A DNA stretch of 64,000 bases. Origin: Hyaloraphidium curvatum SAG 235-1. Taxonomy: Eukaryota; Fungi; Monoblepharomycota. The notes under the pieces were generated by a model. That model did not search any database. It worked only from the letters and a program-made list of their open reading frames with translations, and was not told the DNA's origin. The DNA is taken from NCBI GenBank assembly GCA_025558095.1, contig JAIVFI010000001.1, positions 1,488,001 to 1,552,000 of the forward strand, read 5' to 3'. The translations under genes were made by a program, and so were the position numbers. Below are positions 1 to 11,719 of the stretch, piece by piece; positions within the stretch are counted from its first letter, which is position 1, and every line of letters starts with the position of its first letter.

Positions 1-369
1 TCCGCCTGGCCGCCTCCGGTACCTCGACCAGCCCTTACTTCGAGGCAGGTTCATCGATGGATTGCCTTCCGCAGCGGATGAGCTGACAACGCCGCTCTCT
101 AGTGTGGTCCACTTCACTTTCAATTGTGGCAGACCTCGGGCTACACGGACCCCTCCCACTGGTGCTACCGCGGATGGCAGCTGGTCAACCCGGGCGTTCC
201 CGTGCCCAACCTGGGGTGCTGAGGCCGATCTCCGAGCCCAAGAATCCTTTCGTCGCGCTCGTAGTTCCGTAGTTCCATCGTGTACATATTGCACCTCAGT
301 CGTAACGCCTGGCAATACATCATGTACGTATTGCAGCTCTGTCGTAACGCCCGTGTCTCGGCTTCTCAT
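1..369 (-). CDS. possible 5' part of a hypothetical protein running off the window start
   Basis: Minus-strand frame from ATG at 369 (MRSRDTGVTTELQYVHDVLPGVTTEVQYVHDG...) stays open to position 1; no recognisable motif. Confidence 0.25.
   Translation of the reverse strand, partial: MRSRDTGVTTELQYVHDVLPGVTTEVQYVHDGTTELRARRKDSWARRSASAPQVGHGNARVDQLPSAVAPVGGVRVARGLPQLKVKWTTLESGVVSSSAAEGNPSMNLPRSKGWSRYRRRPGG
276..351. repeat. two imperfect tandem copies with 42-bp period
   Basis: catcgtgtacatattgcacctcagtcgtaacgcc (276-309) vs catcatgtacgtattgcagctctgtcgtaacgcc (318-351). Confidence 0.8.
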
Positions 370-580
370 GAGCTTGATGAGGATGGAACATCCACGCACG
401 AGCAAGGAGAAACGGGCTTTACTTCACAGACGAGTAGAAAGGAGAAGTAGGTGGACAGGTGGTTTGGGAGACACCGCTTGCCCGCCTTCGCCACCTCGGC
501 CGCCAGCGCCAATTGCCAAAAAGGAACCCTTGGCCGCTCGCCCAGTCCGTTTGGCCGACTGCCGCAAACTGCCGCTGAAG

Positions 581-2297
581 ATGCCCGACGGGAGCGAGTC
601 CGCCGCCCAGCGCTCGTTCGAGCCGCGCCGCACGTTCCCCGCGTGGGACGAGGTGCTCGGCGGCGGCAACCCGGATCTGTACGCTTGGCTCGAAAATCGC
701 CGGAAGTACAACGCCCGCGGGGGCGGCCTCTATCGCGTTCACGATGGGCTCTACGATTTGACGAACTTCGAGCACCCCGGCGGCAACGATTGGCTCGAGC
801 TCATGAAGGTGGGGGGCGTGCAGCGTATCGCGACAGGCCGTGATCCGATTGACGCCTCGCATGAAGGGGGCCGACATAACGGAACTCTTCGAGGCGCACC
901 ACGTCAACATCGAGGCCGCGAGGGCGATCCTGAAGAAGTACTACGTGCGTGACGCGGACTGGCCCCGCGAGTCGCCAATCACCTTCGAGCCCGACGGCTT
1001 CTACTCGGTGCTCCGCGGCCGAGTCTTCGAGGTCGTCAAGAAGCTCGGCAACCGCCCCAAGATGCTCTCAAAGGCCATCACCGACTCGTTCGCGGCGCTG
1101 TACCTCGGACTGTCCCTCGCGGCAGCCTACAGGCGGAGCGTGCCGCTCGCTGCGGCCGCCGGACTCTTCGCCGGGATGCTCGGCATCGCCTCACACAATT
1201 TCATCCATCAACGATCTACCAGGGAGAACTGGAGACGCTTCTACCCAGAGCTGACGGGCGGCTCGCACGTCGTGACGAGGATCCACCACGCTCTGAGCCA
1301 CCACATCTACCCGAACACCTCCCTCGGTCAGTTTTGCTTGTGTTCGAGCTCGCGACCAACCAGCTTTGAACTTCTTTTAACAGACGTGGAGATCCCCATG
1401 TTCACGACCATGTTCCGCATGAACTGGTTGCTCCACGAGCCTCGCTCCAAGAACTCCATGCTCTACGACATCATGCGCTTCTACTTCCGCCTCATCACCA
1501 TGGGTCCCCTCTCGGCGGTCCTCACCCCGCTCAGCTGGATACTCGGCCGACGCATCCCGAAGTTCTTCGAGACCCTCACCTACCTCGTCCTCTCGGCCAT
1601 GATCCTCGCGCGGCGGCGATCGGCGCTCCCCAACTCGCGCACTCTGCGCGGGGCGCTCGAGACCGCGGGGCTGTACCTCGTCACCCGGGCGCTGGCGCCG
1701 TGCTGGACCCTCACGGTCGGGCTGACCGTCGGCCACTACTCGGACGACGTGTGGAGGCAGGGCGAGACGGTGCCCAAGGAGGAGGAGATCCTCGACTTTG
1801 GGCTGCTGCAAATCGAGACCGTCGGCGAGCGGAAGGAGTACCACGCACCCGAGACGGACCTGCATCTGCTGATCGTGCTGATGACGCTGGGCGACCACGG
1901 GATGCACGTGGGTTGTGCGAGCGTTGGGCTTTATCTTTTGCTGACGTCGTTTCCTGCATCTTGTGACACGCTTGCAGCACCTCTTCCCTGCGTGAGTGTT
2001 CTCCCTCTCCCCGCGCCGAACGCTGGCTGATCAATCCACTCCTTTCGCCCCGGATTTTCCAGCCTCGACCACGGCTACCACCGCCACCTCTACCCTGCCC
2101 TCGCCAAGACCTGCAACGAGTTCGGCGTCCGCTTCGAGTTCGTCTCGCAGCTCGAGACCTTCCGCGCCTTCTTCCGGCAGCTGAAGCGGACGGACCCGAT
2201 CGCCGTCACGCGGAGGGTGGGGTACAGGGGGGACAACCAGAAGGGCTGGGTGGACGAGTGGAGCGGGTTCCTAAAGGACCCGAGGATCGTGACCTGA
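581..2297 (+). CDS. cytochrome b5 domain / fatty-acid-desaturase-like protein (Cyt-b5-related type), about 5 exons
   Basis: b5 motif YDLTNFEHPGG..GADITELFEAHH; His boxes HNFIH, HHALSHH and spliced DHGMH|HLFP; introns 809-866, ~1327-1383, 1908-1977, 1992-~2062. Confidence 0.85.
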
Positions 2298-2408
2298 GCG
2301 CGCGGATGAGACGAAGTGGGCGTGTGTTGTTCGACCAAGCACCAGTATATGTCTTCCATGTACGAGGAGCAAATAGTAGTCAAAGTCTGCATAGCATCAT
2401 CAGAATGC

Positions 2409-5400
2409 TCAGCTTGCCGCGCTCCGCCAGAGCGGCGCCACGCGGAACTGCCACCGGTTCCGGTCTAACCGCACGAGCCTGTACGGCCGTTCCTTGGCCC
2501 TCCGCCGCGACACGACGACGTCGAAGATGTCGTCCACCATGGACCTGTTGAGGGTGAAGGTCGAGTGCCGCAGCAGGTGCACGTTCTGGTCCAGGTTGGA
2601 CCCGTCGATGACGTCCATGCCGTGCGACAATATGTGCCGGAAGTAGGCCTCGAGCGAGTCGAAGTGCTGCACGCCCGGGAGCTGCGGATACGTGGCCGCG
2701 AGGGCGGCTCCTGAGGGGGTCGGCCGGTCGCCCCGGTCGCCCTCGAAGCGCATGGTGCCCATGGCCATTGGCGGGGGAGGCAGCACGACGACCTCGTGGT
2801 CGCCCTCGGGCACGGTCTCGGTGTCGCTTCCGCCGGCAGGGCTGGCGCCGGGCACGCTCAGAGATGCGGTAGTCATGCTTCTGCCGTTGGCTCCGGCGCT
2901 CCGATCCGCCTGCGCCTCGACCGACGCCAGCGTTGTTGTCAGCGAAAAGTTCGAAAGGTAAGGCTGCGAGCTCGCCGCGCCGTTGGCGAGCTGTCCGTTG
3001 GCGGCCTCCTCGGTGGGTGTAGCGGTCCCCGAGAGGGACTGGCGGGGGGTCAGGTCCGCGAGGATCTCGGCCGCGACGGCCTTGTCGTCCTTGTTTGCCA
3101 CCTCCTCCATCGGAATCGCCACGGATCCCGGCGGGTTCGCCGGCCTGCCCGCCGTCCCCCCGGGATCCATGCTCCGCCGGCCCAGCGCGTCCTGGCTGGC
3201 CCTCCCGGCACCAATGACCATGTTGGTCATGTTGGTCCCCGCGCGGATGACCTGCCCGGGCACCTCGCCGATTGCCGTCCCGGCGCGCTTGAAGGCATCG
3301 ATCAGGCCCGTGCCGACCTTGCCCGCCGACGCGCCCAGGCGGGCCTTCGAGTCGAAGGATTTGGCGATGCGGAGGGCAACGTCGTACTCGTCCGCGTAGA
3401 TGGTGACGACACGGCAGAACTTGTAGACGTTGACTGGCACGCGGCGTGTCAACGAACCAGGACTGAATGTCGCGAATTCACCCACTGAAATTGCTCTGCC
3501 AGGACTGCAGGTCGATCTCGGCCGCGATAAGGGTAAAAGTTGCGAGCTCCGGCAGCATCCCCTCGGTCCTGGCCGTCGCGGACTGCGGCTGCGACGCCGT
3601 GGGCTGTGGCGTCCTCGACCGCGGCCTCCTCCCAGACGTCCAGTTGGCCGCACGGCCCCCCGCGAAGGTCCCCGCGGCCGCGGGTTCCCGAAAGGCGTGC
3701 TGGGACCGCACCACCGGCCTGAACAGCCGTGACAGCGGGCACGGCGAGTCGAGGTACGCGTCGGGATTGTCGGGCTCCGCCAGGCGGGTCAGCACGCGGC
3801 TGCCCAACGAGTGCCCGATGAGGTGGAAGCTTTCGAAGCCGTGAGAGGTGAGCTTGGTGATCATCTCCACGAGGGCGTCCCGGACTTCGTCCTTCTGGGA
3901 GTTGCGGCGCGCGTTGAAGAAAGAAATGATGCTGGAGCCACCGGGCCAGGCAAAGACAAAGGGGCGGATGGTCGGAGGGAATTCGCCGAGGGTCAGGACC
4001 TGGCCGAGCATCTGCACGGCGTACTGGAGCGGGAACCGTAAGACGGATAGCGCAAAGCAATTCGCGGAAGCCCACCTTGGGAGATGTGTTGTAGCCGTGA
4101 ACAAAAATGATGCACTCGGTGGGTTGTTGCTGAGCAGGCGGCCTCGGGACGGGCGAGGACTCTTGAGCAAGCACGGCGCTGTCCCGCTTGCGTTCCGAGT
4201 CGGCAAAGATGAGACGATCGTCATCGCCCGGCGGAGAAATGGTCACGGAAAGGCGTTGCAGGACCTCCTCGCAAGTTGCTGGGTAGGGCACTTGGACGAC
4301 GGCCCCCGAAGCCGGATCTCCGTCGCGCCGCATGACGACCGCTCGCGGCAAGTGCGAGAAGAAAGTGCCGGAGACGGAGCACTCCACCGAAGTGAGAATC
4401 CAGCGCTGATCAGACGGCGGTCGGTCAAACCAAAGCAGGCAGCTTTCGCAACCGGCTTACCAATCCGTCCCGGAACGGGTCGGGCCCGGGAACGACGTAG
4501 CCGGTGTCAAAGTCGGCGACGTGACACCTCGCCACGCCGACCCTGATCGCCCTGCTCGCGCACCCCGTCCTCGACTCCACCGCCAGGTAAGGTGCCGTCG
4601 GTTCCCCGTCGACCCAGAAACCTTCAATCGACTCGCCACCCATATCGCTCGACTCCCAGGTGCCCCAGCCGTGCGGCCTGCCCCTTGCCGCCTCCCTCCC
4701 CGGCGCCCGCTCGTCCCAGATGTAACGGAAGTTGTTCTTGCGGTACCGCAGCTTGAGCGCCGTGCCGGGCTCGATGACCCGGAAGCGGTACCACCCCGAA
4801 GTGGCCTGGTGCGTGTTGAGGGCGCCGAAGAAGGCGGCGACGACCGAGTTGGAGCGCCGGAGGGTGCCGCCAAGCGCCGTGCGGCGCCGGCGGAGGGTGT
4901 TGAAGCTGCCTCCAGGGACCGCGTCCTTGTCTTCGGCGCCTTGCAGCTGGGAAACATCGAAGCGGCGCACCTTCCAGTCGGCCACCGGCCAACGGCCGAA
5001 CGTCTTGCCGAGCACCGATTCGGGCTGCAATGAATGATGGTTAGAAGAATCGACGTGATGTGCGGGCCGTGTCAACCCACGTCGAAAGCGGCAAAAAGCA
5101 ACAAAGGGAAGAAGGCGAACCAATAGATGAACCAGCCGACGAAAGCGAGCATGGCCAGGGCGCACGCCCCGCCGACCACGCCAAACACGATCTGGATCGT
5201 GAGGTTCGTCCGCAGTAGCTCGATGAACGGGGCCTCGGTCTTGTTGACCGCGTACTCGACGGCGATCACGGTTTGGCCCGCGGCCAGCAGGCAGATCCAG
5301 GCGAAACGGGCGCCGAGCGGGAGCGACATGACGTAGCGCGGGGAATAGATGAAGACGAGGATGGCGGCGATGAGGAAGGGCCAGGCGTCACGGTAAGTGG

Positions 5401-6421
5401 TGAGCCGGATGATGGAGATGGTGAGGAGCCCGGCCGCGAGGACAAAAGCCAGGATAAACCAAGTCAGGCGTTCGGTGAAGGAAGGAGGGTATCCCGACCA
5501 AAGACGGAGGAGGCGACGGTACGAGAGGATAGACAGAGACTTGATGTACCATTCGGGATGGACGTCGGAGAGGTTGACGTGGGGAAGGGTGCTTAAGGAG
5601 GTATTGACCGGGGAGCTCGGCGGTGCAAGGGGAACAGCCCGATCCGCGGCTGCTTCCTCAAGCGGTGCGTCCGGCTTGACGCCAAGGAACCAGTAGATGA
5701 CCTTGAGACCGAAACGCGGCGGTCCGAGGAGTATGTCCACCAGGTCGTTGCCCACCGAACCCGAGCTGGGACCCGTGGTCGGCGACGTGGGCGAGATGAG
5801 GTCCCCGCTGGTGGGGAACGACTCTGGCGCCGAAACCGGGGAGGCAATGTCGGTCGGGCTCGAGCTATCGGGAGCCCCCGAAAGGATCTGCTGCTGCTCC
5901 GCGCGGGCGGCGGCGGAAACATCGTTCGGAGACGAGGCCATAGCCGTCGCCGGCACCGACAGGTCGGCTGTCCCGGCACGCGTGACCGAATGATCGGCGG
6001 TCGGGGACCGTTTGACCGAAAGATCCGCCGTCGGGGACCGTTTGACGCCGAACGAAGCGCCCGGTGAAACCGACTGTCCGGTGCCCTGCCTCTTCTTCAG
6101 TTCCTTACCCGGCGGTCCGTGTTCGAGCAGCACCTCGATCTGCTCCTGAAGCTCTGCGGAAACACCGGCGGTATAGCCCAGGTAACGTGGTGCCGGGAAG
6201 CCGTTGGACTGGTCCGCCAATGGAGGCTTGGCCGACGCGTCGGACCCACGGCCCGACCGGCGGACCTTCGGCCCGCTGTCCAGGTCGTCCAAAGGATCCG
6301 GCAGCACCGCCTCATCCTGGCCGAGGTCCTCAATGACCGAGATAACGTCCTCCTCGGCTTCGTCCGGGATCGTCAACGGGGGCAGAGCCGGGAGCTCGCC
6401 GTCGGAGGCCCCAGGGTCCAT
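2409..6421 (-). CDS. multi-pass membrane protein with MORN-like segment and C-terminal alpha/beta hydrolase (DUF900-like), multi-exon
   Basis: About 5 hydrophobic helices in exon 1; PHGWGTW..GESIEGFWVDGEP; IFVHGYN, FAWPGG, nucleophile elbow GHSLG, HSTF; ORF segments joined by GT-AG introns. Confidence 0.7.
5960..6052 (-). repeat. 30-bp coding minisatellite (VKRSPTADLS-like, about 3 units)
   Basis: gtcggggaccgtttgac repeated at a 30-bp interval (~6000 and ~6030); protein reads VKRSPTADLSVKRSPTADHSVTRAGTADLS. Confidence 0.7.
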
Positions 6422-6833
6422 GTCTCCGCTCCACTGCCCACCAGCCCACTACAGCCTCTGTGCGGAAAGAGGCCGAGACAAGTCCATTTCGAAGGAGCGC
6501 AATCCCGCTGTTTTCTCAGGTCCTTGTTGTCCGGCCGGCAGGCCGTCAGCGGTTGGGCCCGAAAGCGTCCCACGGCTCTGACCGGTCGGAGGTGGCAAAA
6601 GAGCGGCCGGAAATGGCTCCTCGCCAATGTTCAAGGAAGGAACTCGTCGATCCCGGCCAGGAAACACGACGCCGGAGCGGGCAGGACCGCCGACAGCCCC
6701 GGAACGTGAGGGTTGGCCGGCTTAGGATTTTCGGGCCGGCTCGGCTGACCGCCAAATACGCGTGCTCGAACCCCCCCGGTCCTGGACAGTTCTCGAGCTC
6801 CGCCGCCTCAGCTCCGGAGCGGCGTGGTGCAAC

Positions 6834-7997
6834 ATGGGCGTCGACGACACCCGGCTTGGTCCCGGGGACCAGTCCCCCAGTTGCAGCCTCTCCCGCCTCC
6901 CGGCCGGACGCCTCCCCGGCGCCTCCCTAATGCGGCTGCCCCTGGAGCTGATAATCCCGGTCATGGAGCTTCTCCAAGCTTCCTCGCATCTAGGCACTCT
7001 TGCCGAACTTATGCGTGCCAATCGGGCCTGCCACCGCCTCGGGCGGCGCCTGCTCCACGCCGACCTGGCCGTGGGAGACTGCTGGCATGACCCCTGGCGA
7101 GGCGGCTGGCCCCTCAGCGATGTGCTCCGCCTCTCTGGGAAAAGACTGGACGACCTTGCTCTCCGGCTTTCGAGGCAAACGAACCTCCAGATCCGGACCC
7201 TGTCCTTGTGTCACGCGGCGACGCCTTCCGCGGCGATGTTGCTTGCCTCTGCCCTCCCAACCCTGGAGTTCCTCGCGCTCGACGCCCGCAGCACCTCGGC
7301 TGAGCTGTTCGGGAAGCTCTGGTCCGTCGTCGTGCAGCACGCCACGCCGAAGCTCACGGAGCTGCGGCTCGTGCTCTCCTGGGGCTTCCCGCACAGGGTG
7401 GCCTCGTTCCCGCCCGGATTGGAGAGGCTCACCCTGGACACCTTCGGACACCGGGTGGAGAGCATCGTCGAAGTATGCGCCGTCGCAGAGCGGGATTGCA
7501 TAGGGCTGAAGGCCGCGAGGCTTTCCGCCAGCCATGCCCTGTACCGCGAGCTGAGGACGGCCTGCCCCGGGTTCTTCGACAAGCTCGTGGCGGTTGCGGT
7601 GGACGGATCGCATTTGGAGAACCTGATTGCGGCGCCGCCGCCTTCGCTCAGGGCGGTGACGGTGCGGGCCGCTTCCCGGGCGGCGGCAGAGGCGCTGAAG
7701 CAGCTGGTCGTGTGGAAGGGCCTGGACGAGGTCGAGCTTCTGGATATCGAAACGACGGTGCTACCATCCATGTTTTCTGAGGGAGCTCCGGAACCGTTGT
7801 CGGTGGTGCTCAAGGATGCCAAGCCCGGCATCGACCAGGCAACTTGCGCTGACTGGAGGGCGGACGTCGCCAGATGCAAGTCTAAGTTGATCTTCCGCTT
7901 CGGCTCGGAGGACGAAATGAAGAGGTGGTCCGAGGCGTCTGCTGCAGCAGAGAGGGAGTTCTGGCGGAGCTTGCCGAACGTGGTCTGGCAGGACTGA
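6834..7997 (+). CDS. F-box-like / LRR-like protein
   Basis: LMRLPLELIIPVMELL..LAELMRANRACHRL F-box-like start, followed by LxxLxL repeats; intronless. Confidence 0.6.
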   Translation: MGVDDTRLGPGDQSPSCSLSRLPAGRLPGASLMRLPLELIIPVMELLQASSHLGTLAELMRANRACHRLGRRLLHADLAVGDCWHDPWRGGWPLSDVLRLSGKRLDDLALRLSRQTNLQIRTLSLCHAATPSAAMLLASALPTLEFLALDARSTSAELFGKLWSVVVQHATPKLTELRLVLSWGFPHRVASFPPGLERLTLDTFGHRVESIVEVCAVAERDCIGLKAARLSASHALYRELRTACPGFFDKLVAVAVDGSHLENLIAAPPPSLRAVTVRAASRAAAEALKQLVVWKGLDEVELLDIETTVLPSMFSEGAPEPLSVVLKDAKPGIDQATCADWRADVARCKSKLIFRFGSEDEMKRWSEASAAAEREFWRSLPNVVWQD

Positions 7998-8567
7998 TCG
8001 ACAAGCATACACCGCCGTGGAAGTTTGCATTTCATTAGCTCTTCAGCGCATTTGCATGAGCTCAGCTGCTAACTCTCTTTCTCGAACATCATTGCTTGGT
8101 TTGCTTTTGCCAGTGCGGCTTTGCAAATGCGGAATCGCCATGCTCTGGGAAGAGCCGTCCGCGGCGTCCGAACCCGTCCCACCATCAGCCAGCAGCGACT
8201 CGAGAATCTTTCTTTCATGTTCGGAACTCCTGGTTGAGGGCAGAAACGGTGGGGGCGTCAGATCAGCGTCTCGGAAGTTTTCGGGCCGGGGTCGAGCGGC
8301 ACCAGCCGGAGCGCCGGGCCGCGGCAGTGACGTTTGGGGTCGGCCCGCGAAGTACAAATCTCGCTGCTCATCGCGCTGCGAACCCGGTCGACGCCGCTCC
8401 GAGCCGCGCAGATCATTCGGGTGCGTCCGCCCCGCCCGCCGCCCGGCGCTCCGTCCCCGGCGAGGCCGCTGACCGGCGTCTCCCGGCGCGCCACCCTCCG
8501 CCGGACAGATCTCCGCACACACCGCGAACGCGACTCCGGGCTCACTTTTTTCCCGCCAAAACTCGCG

Positions 8568-10520
8568 ATGGGGATCCCGCAGACCACGCCCGGCCTCGAG
8601 CAGTGGTGCGTACCCCGCGGTGCTCGGGCCGCCGACGGCCAGCTCACCCCCTGCTCCCTCCAGGCCCGAGCCCATTGCCGTGATCGCCATGGTTGGTTCA
8701 TCTTTCTTTTGAAATGCCCAGAGTCTGCTGGGACGCCACTTCGCCGATGCTGACCACTCTCCGACGTTCAGGCCTCGCGGTACCCCGGCAAGGACGGCGT
8801 CAACACCGAGACGCCCGCCGAGTTCTGGGAGACCCTCCTCCGCGGCGAGGACATCCGCACCACGCCGCCGAACTCCCGCTGGGGCACCAACATCCCCCCG
8901 GAGGCTCCCATGCGTGGCACCTACATCACGGGCGCCGAGGAGTGGGAGCCGGAAAAGTTCGGCCTGACCGAGCCCGAGGCCGTCGACATGGACGCGCAGC
9001 AGAGGCTGTCGATCGAGGTGGCGTACGAGTGCCTGGCCAACGCCGGCTACCTCGGCGAGAACGGCAAGGTCAAGCCCGAGAAGGAGGACGTCGGCTGCTA
9101 CGTCGGCATCGCGCTTGCCGAGGGCCTCACGACCTGCATGCAGGTGAGTAGGGGCGTTCATTGGGATGAAGCTGCTCTGGATCACGGAGGGGCGGATTTT
9201 GCGCCCGGAGGGCGGCGGATTTGGCAGCGCCGGGGCGGCCGTGTGGCGTCGTGATCACTCTCCATGTTTAGTCGGGCTGATCACATCCTCCCTTCAGACC
9301 GAGGTCTCGCCCTACACCCTCGTCGGAAACCTTCCCGCCGGCACTCCCAACCGCGTTTCGTACTGCCTCGGCCTGAAGGGTCCCTCGCTGATGGTTGACA
9401 CCATGTGCTCGTCGTCGCTCTGTGGGTTCACGACTTGCTTGCCTCCAGTCTTCTTCCTAATCGTGGCCGCAACAGACTCGGTGCACCTCGCCTGCAACGC
9501 CATCCTCCAGCGCGACTGCGTCACCGCCCTCGCCGGCGGTGCCAACATCATCCACAACCCCGTCTCGTACACCATGCTCGCCAAGCTCGGCGTCCTCTCC
9601 CCCGAGTTCGTCCTCCGCGCCTTCGACGCCGATGCCAAGGGCTACGTGCGCGGCGAGGGCGTCGGCTTCGTGCTCCTCAAGCGCCTCTCGGAGGCCGAGC
9701 GCGACGGCGACCCGATCATCGCCGTGATCCGGGGCTCGGCTGCCAAGCACAACGGGTGGACCCGCAACATCGCCGCCCCCTCGGTCGACGGGCAGTGCCA
9801 GGTCGTCGTGGACGCGCTCACCCGCGCCGGGCTGACGCCGGACGACATCGACCTCGTGGAGGCGCACGCGACGGGCACCAAGGCCGGGGACAAGAAGGAG
9901 ATCGAGACGGTGCACAAGGTGTTTGTGGAGGGCAAGGGGGACAAGCGCGGCGACCGCAAGATCTACGTCGGCGCCGTCAAGACCATGTACGGTGCGTACC
10001 TCGCCCGCGGCGGTCGGCGATTCAACCAGCGCTGACCATCTCTCCGAATGGGTCGCACAGGCCACTCGGAGGGCGCCGCCGGCATCACCGAGTTCATGAA
10101 GGCCACCCTCACCATCCACAACCACAAGATCCCCCCGAACATCAACTTCAAGACCCTCCGCCCCGACGTCACCCTCGCCCCCGAGGTCGTCCTCCCCGTC
10201 GGCGCGCCCGTCCCGCTCGAGCCCCGCGCCCCGGGCGTGCCGCTCCGCGCGGGCGTCAACTCGTTCGGCGCCGGCGGGACCAACGCCCACCTGATCCTGG
10301 AGGAGTACGTCGGGCCCAGCAAGGCGGAGGTCAAGTTCAACAAGTACTCGTACAACAAGCGGTGCGTTTTCCGCCCTTGCCCTCGCCGACGTCGCTGATC
10401 CGCCTCCGCCACAGCCCGATCCCGCTCGTCTCGCAGCGCCCGGGCGTGAACATCTACCGCACCAAGCACATCAAGGACATGGAGGCCGCGGCAGCGCCCG
10501 CGCCCGCCGCCGCGTCTTGA
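8568..10520 (+). CDS. stand-alone type I PKS/FAS beta-ketoacyl synthase (KS only), 7 exons
   Basis: EPIAVIAMG, MDAQQRL, GPSLMVDTMCSSSL (Cys), EAHATGT (His), GHSEGAAG (His), GVNSFGAGGTNAHLILEE; stop about 45 codons after the KS; no AT or ACP. Confidence 0.85.
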
Positions 10521-10738
10521 GGGATCGAAGGAGCACATGGTAGCAGGGACGTTTGGCATTTTGCAGTTGCAGTAGGGTAGCTGTACATCGCATGGACGAT
10601 GGGAGGTCGGGGATTGATGACATAGAGCATTTTGCATTGCCATCACCGGTTTCCAACTGGCGTCACCCGGTCTCATCCCTCCCTGGGCGTGCACCCCAGG
10701 AGGGCTCCGATTTTTCAGCTACGTACAAGCGAGCCGGC

Positions 10739-11654
10739 TCACCACTGAACCTCGGCGTACCTAAACCTGGGTGCCCCAGCCTCACCCATGTCCTTCTCCC
10801 CAAACACCTTGTTGCATGCCGCCACCTGCGACGGGTGTATGCACCACTTCCCCCCGAACCCCATCCTCCTCCCCCCCGCGCACTCCTCCTCCAGCCCCTC
10901 GGTGTCCTTCACGTTGACGAACACCATGTCCAGCGGCACCGCGCCCGCCGCCCTCGCCGCGACCACGATGGCCTGCCGCGGGTGCAGCAGCGAGGAGGTG
11001 GCGGGGGAGGGCAGGTTGGCGGCGGCCTTGTAGTCCTCGGCGGCCATGGAGAGGGAGGCCAGGCGGGGGTGGCGGAAAGGGAGGCGGAGGAGGGAGGTGG
11101 GGGATTCGACGAGGGCGTGGAAGAGGAGCCGGTTCTTCCTAATGATTGAGGGCGACGTCGGGCGATTTGAATGAATAGGATAAGTCCGGAGTTTTGTTTC
11201 CCCGGAAGAGTCACCCACGTCGACGTCGGCGCCAGCGCCCTGACGAATCCCTCCACGAAATCCAGGTCCGCATTCGTCTCCGTCTTCGGAATCACGATGC
11301 CGGCCAGGCCCTCGACCGGCAGCTGTCCGATCGAGTGAGCGCCTGGCCCACGGAGCTGCTCCACCGACCCACGATGGCCTTGAGGTCCTCCACCTCCTCC
11401 CCGCTCCCGACGGCGTTTATCCGCACCCACATCTCGACCCCCCGCGCCGGCCACGAGCCGTCCCGCGCGCCCTCGAGCACGCCGCGTGCTGTTTCGCGGG
11501 CCATTTGTTTGAGCGCAGGCGCGACGGAGTCCTCGAGGTCTAGGACAAAAGACGAGGGCAGACCGGTCGCTGGGAGCCGCGTGGCCGACGCCAGAATCTT
11601 GGCGTTGCTCGCCGGGAGGAAAAGAGGCGACGGGAAGGCCCGCGGGATGCGCAT
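10739..11654 (-). CDS. citrate lyase beta / malyl-CoA lyase-like (HpcH/HpaI-CitE family), 3 exons
   Basis: LFLPAS, VLDLEDSVAP, WVRIN, GIVIPK, LVESP, AEDY, GFGGKWCIHPSQV. Confidence 0.85.
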
Positions 11655-11719
11655 TGTTGCCGGAATATTGCCGAGGCCGCGTTGAAATCTCTCAGGGCCC
11701 GATCGAGCGTCTCCGAGCT

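Noticed and set aside
8568-11654. KS + CitE-like lyase as a biosynthetic gene cluster
   Set aside because: Only adjacency supports it; no ACP, AT, transporter or regulator nearby, and the flanks are F-box-like genes
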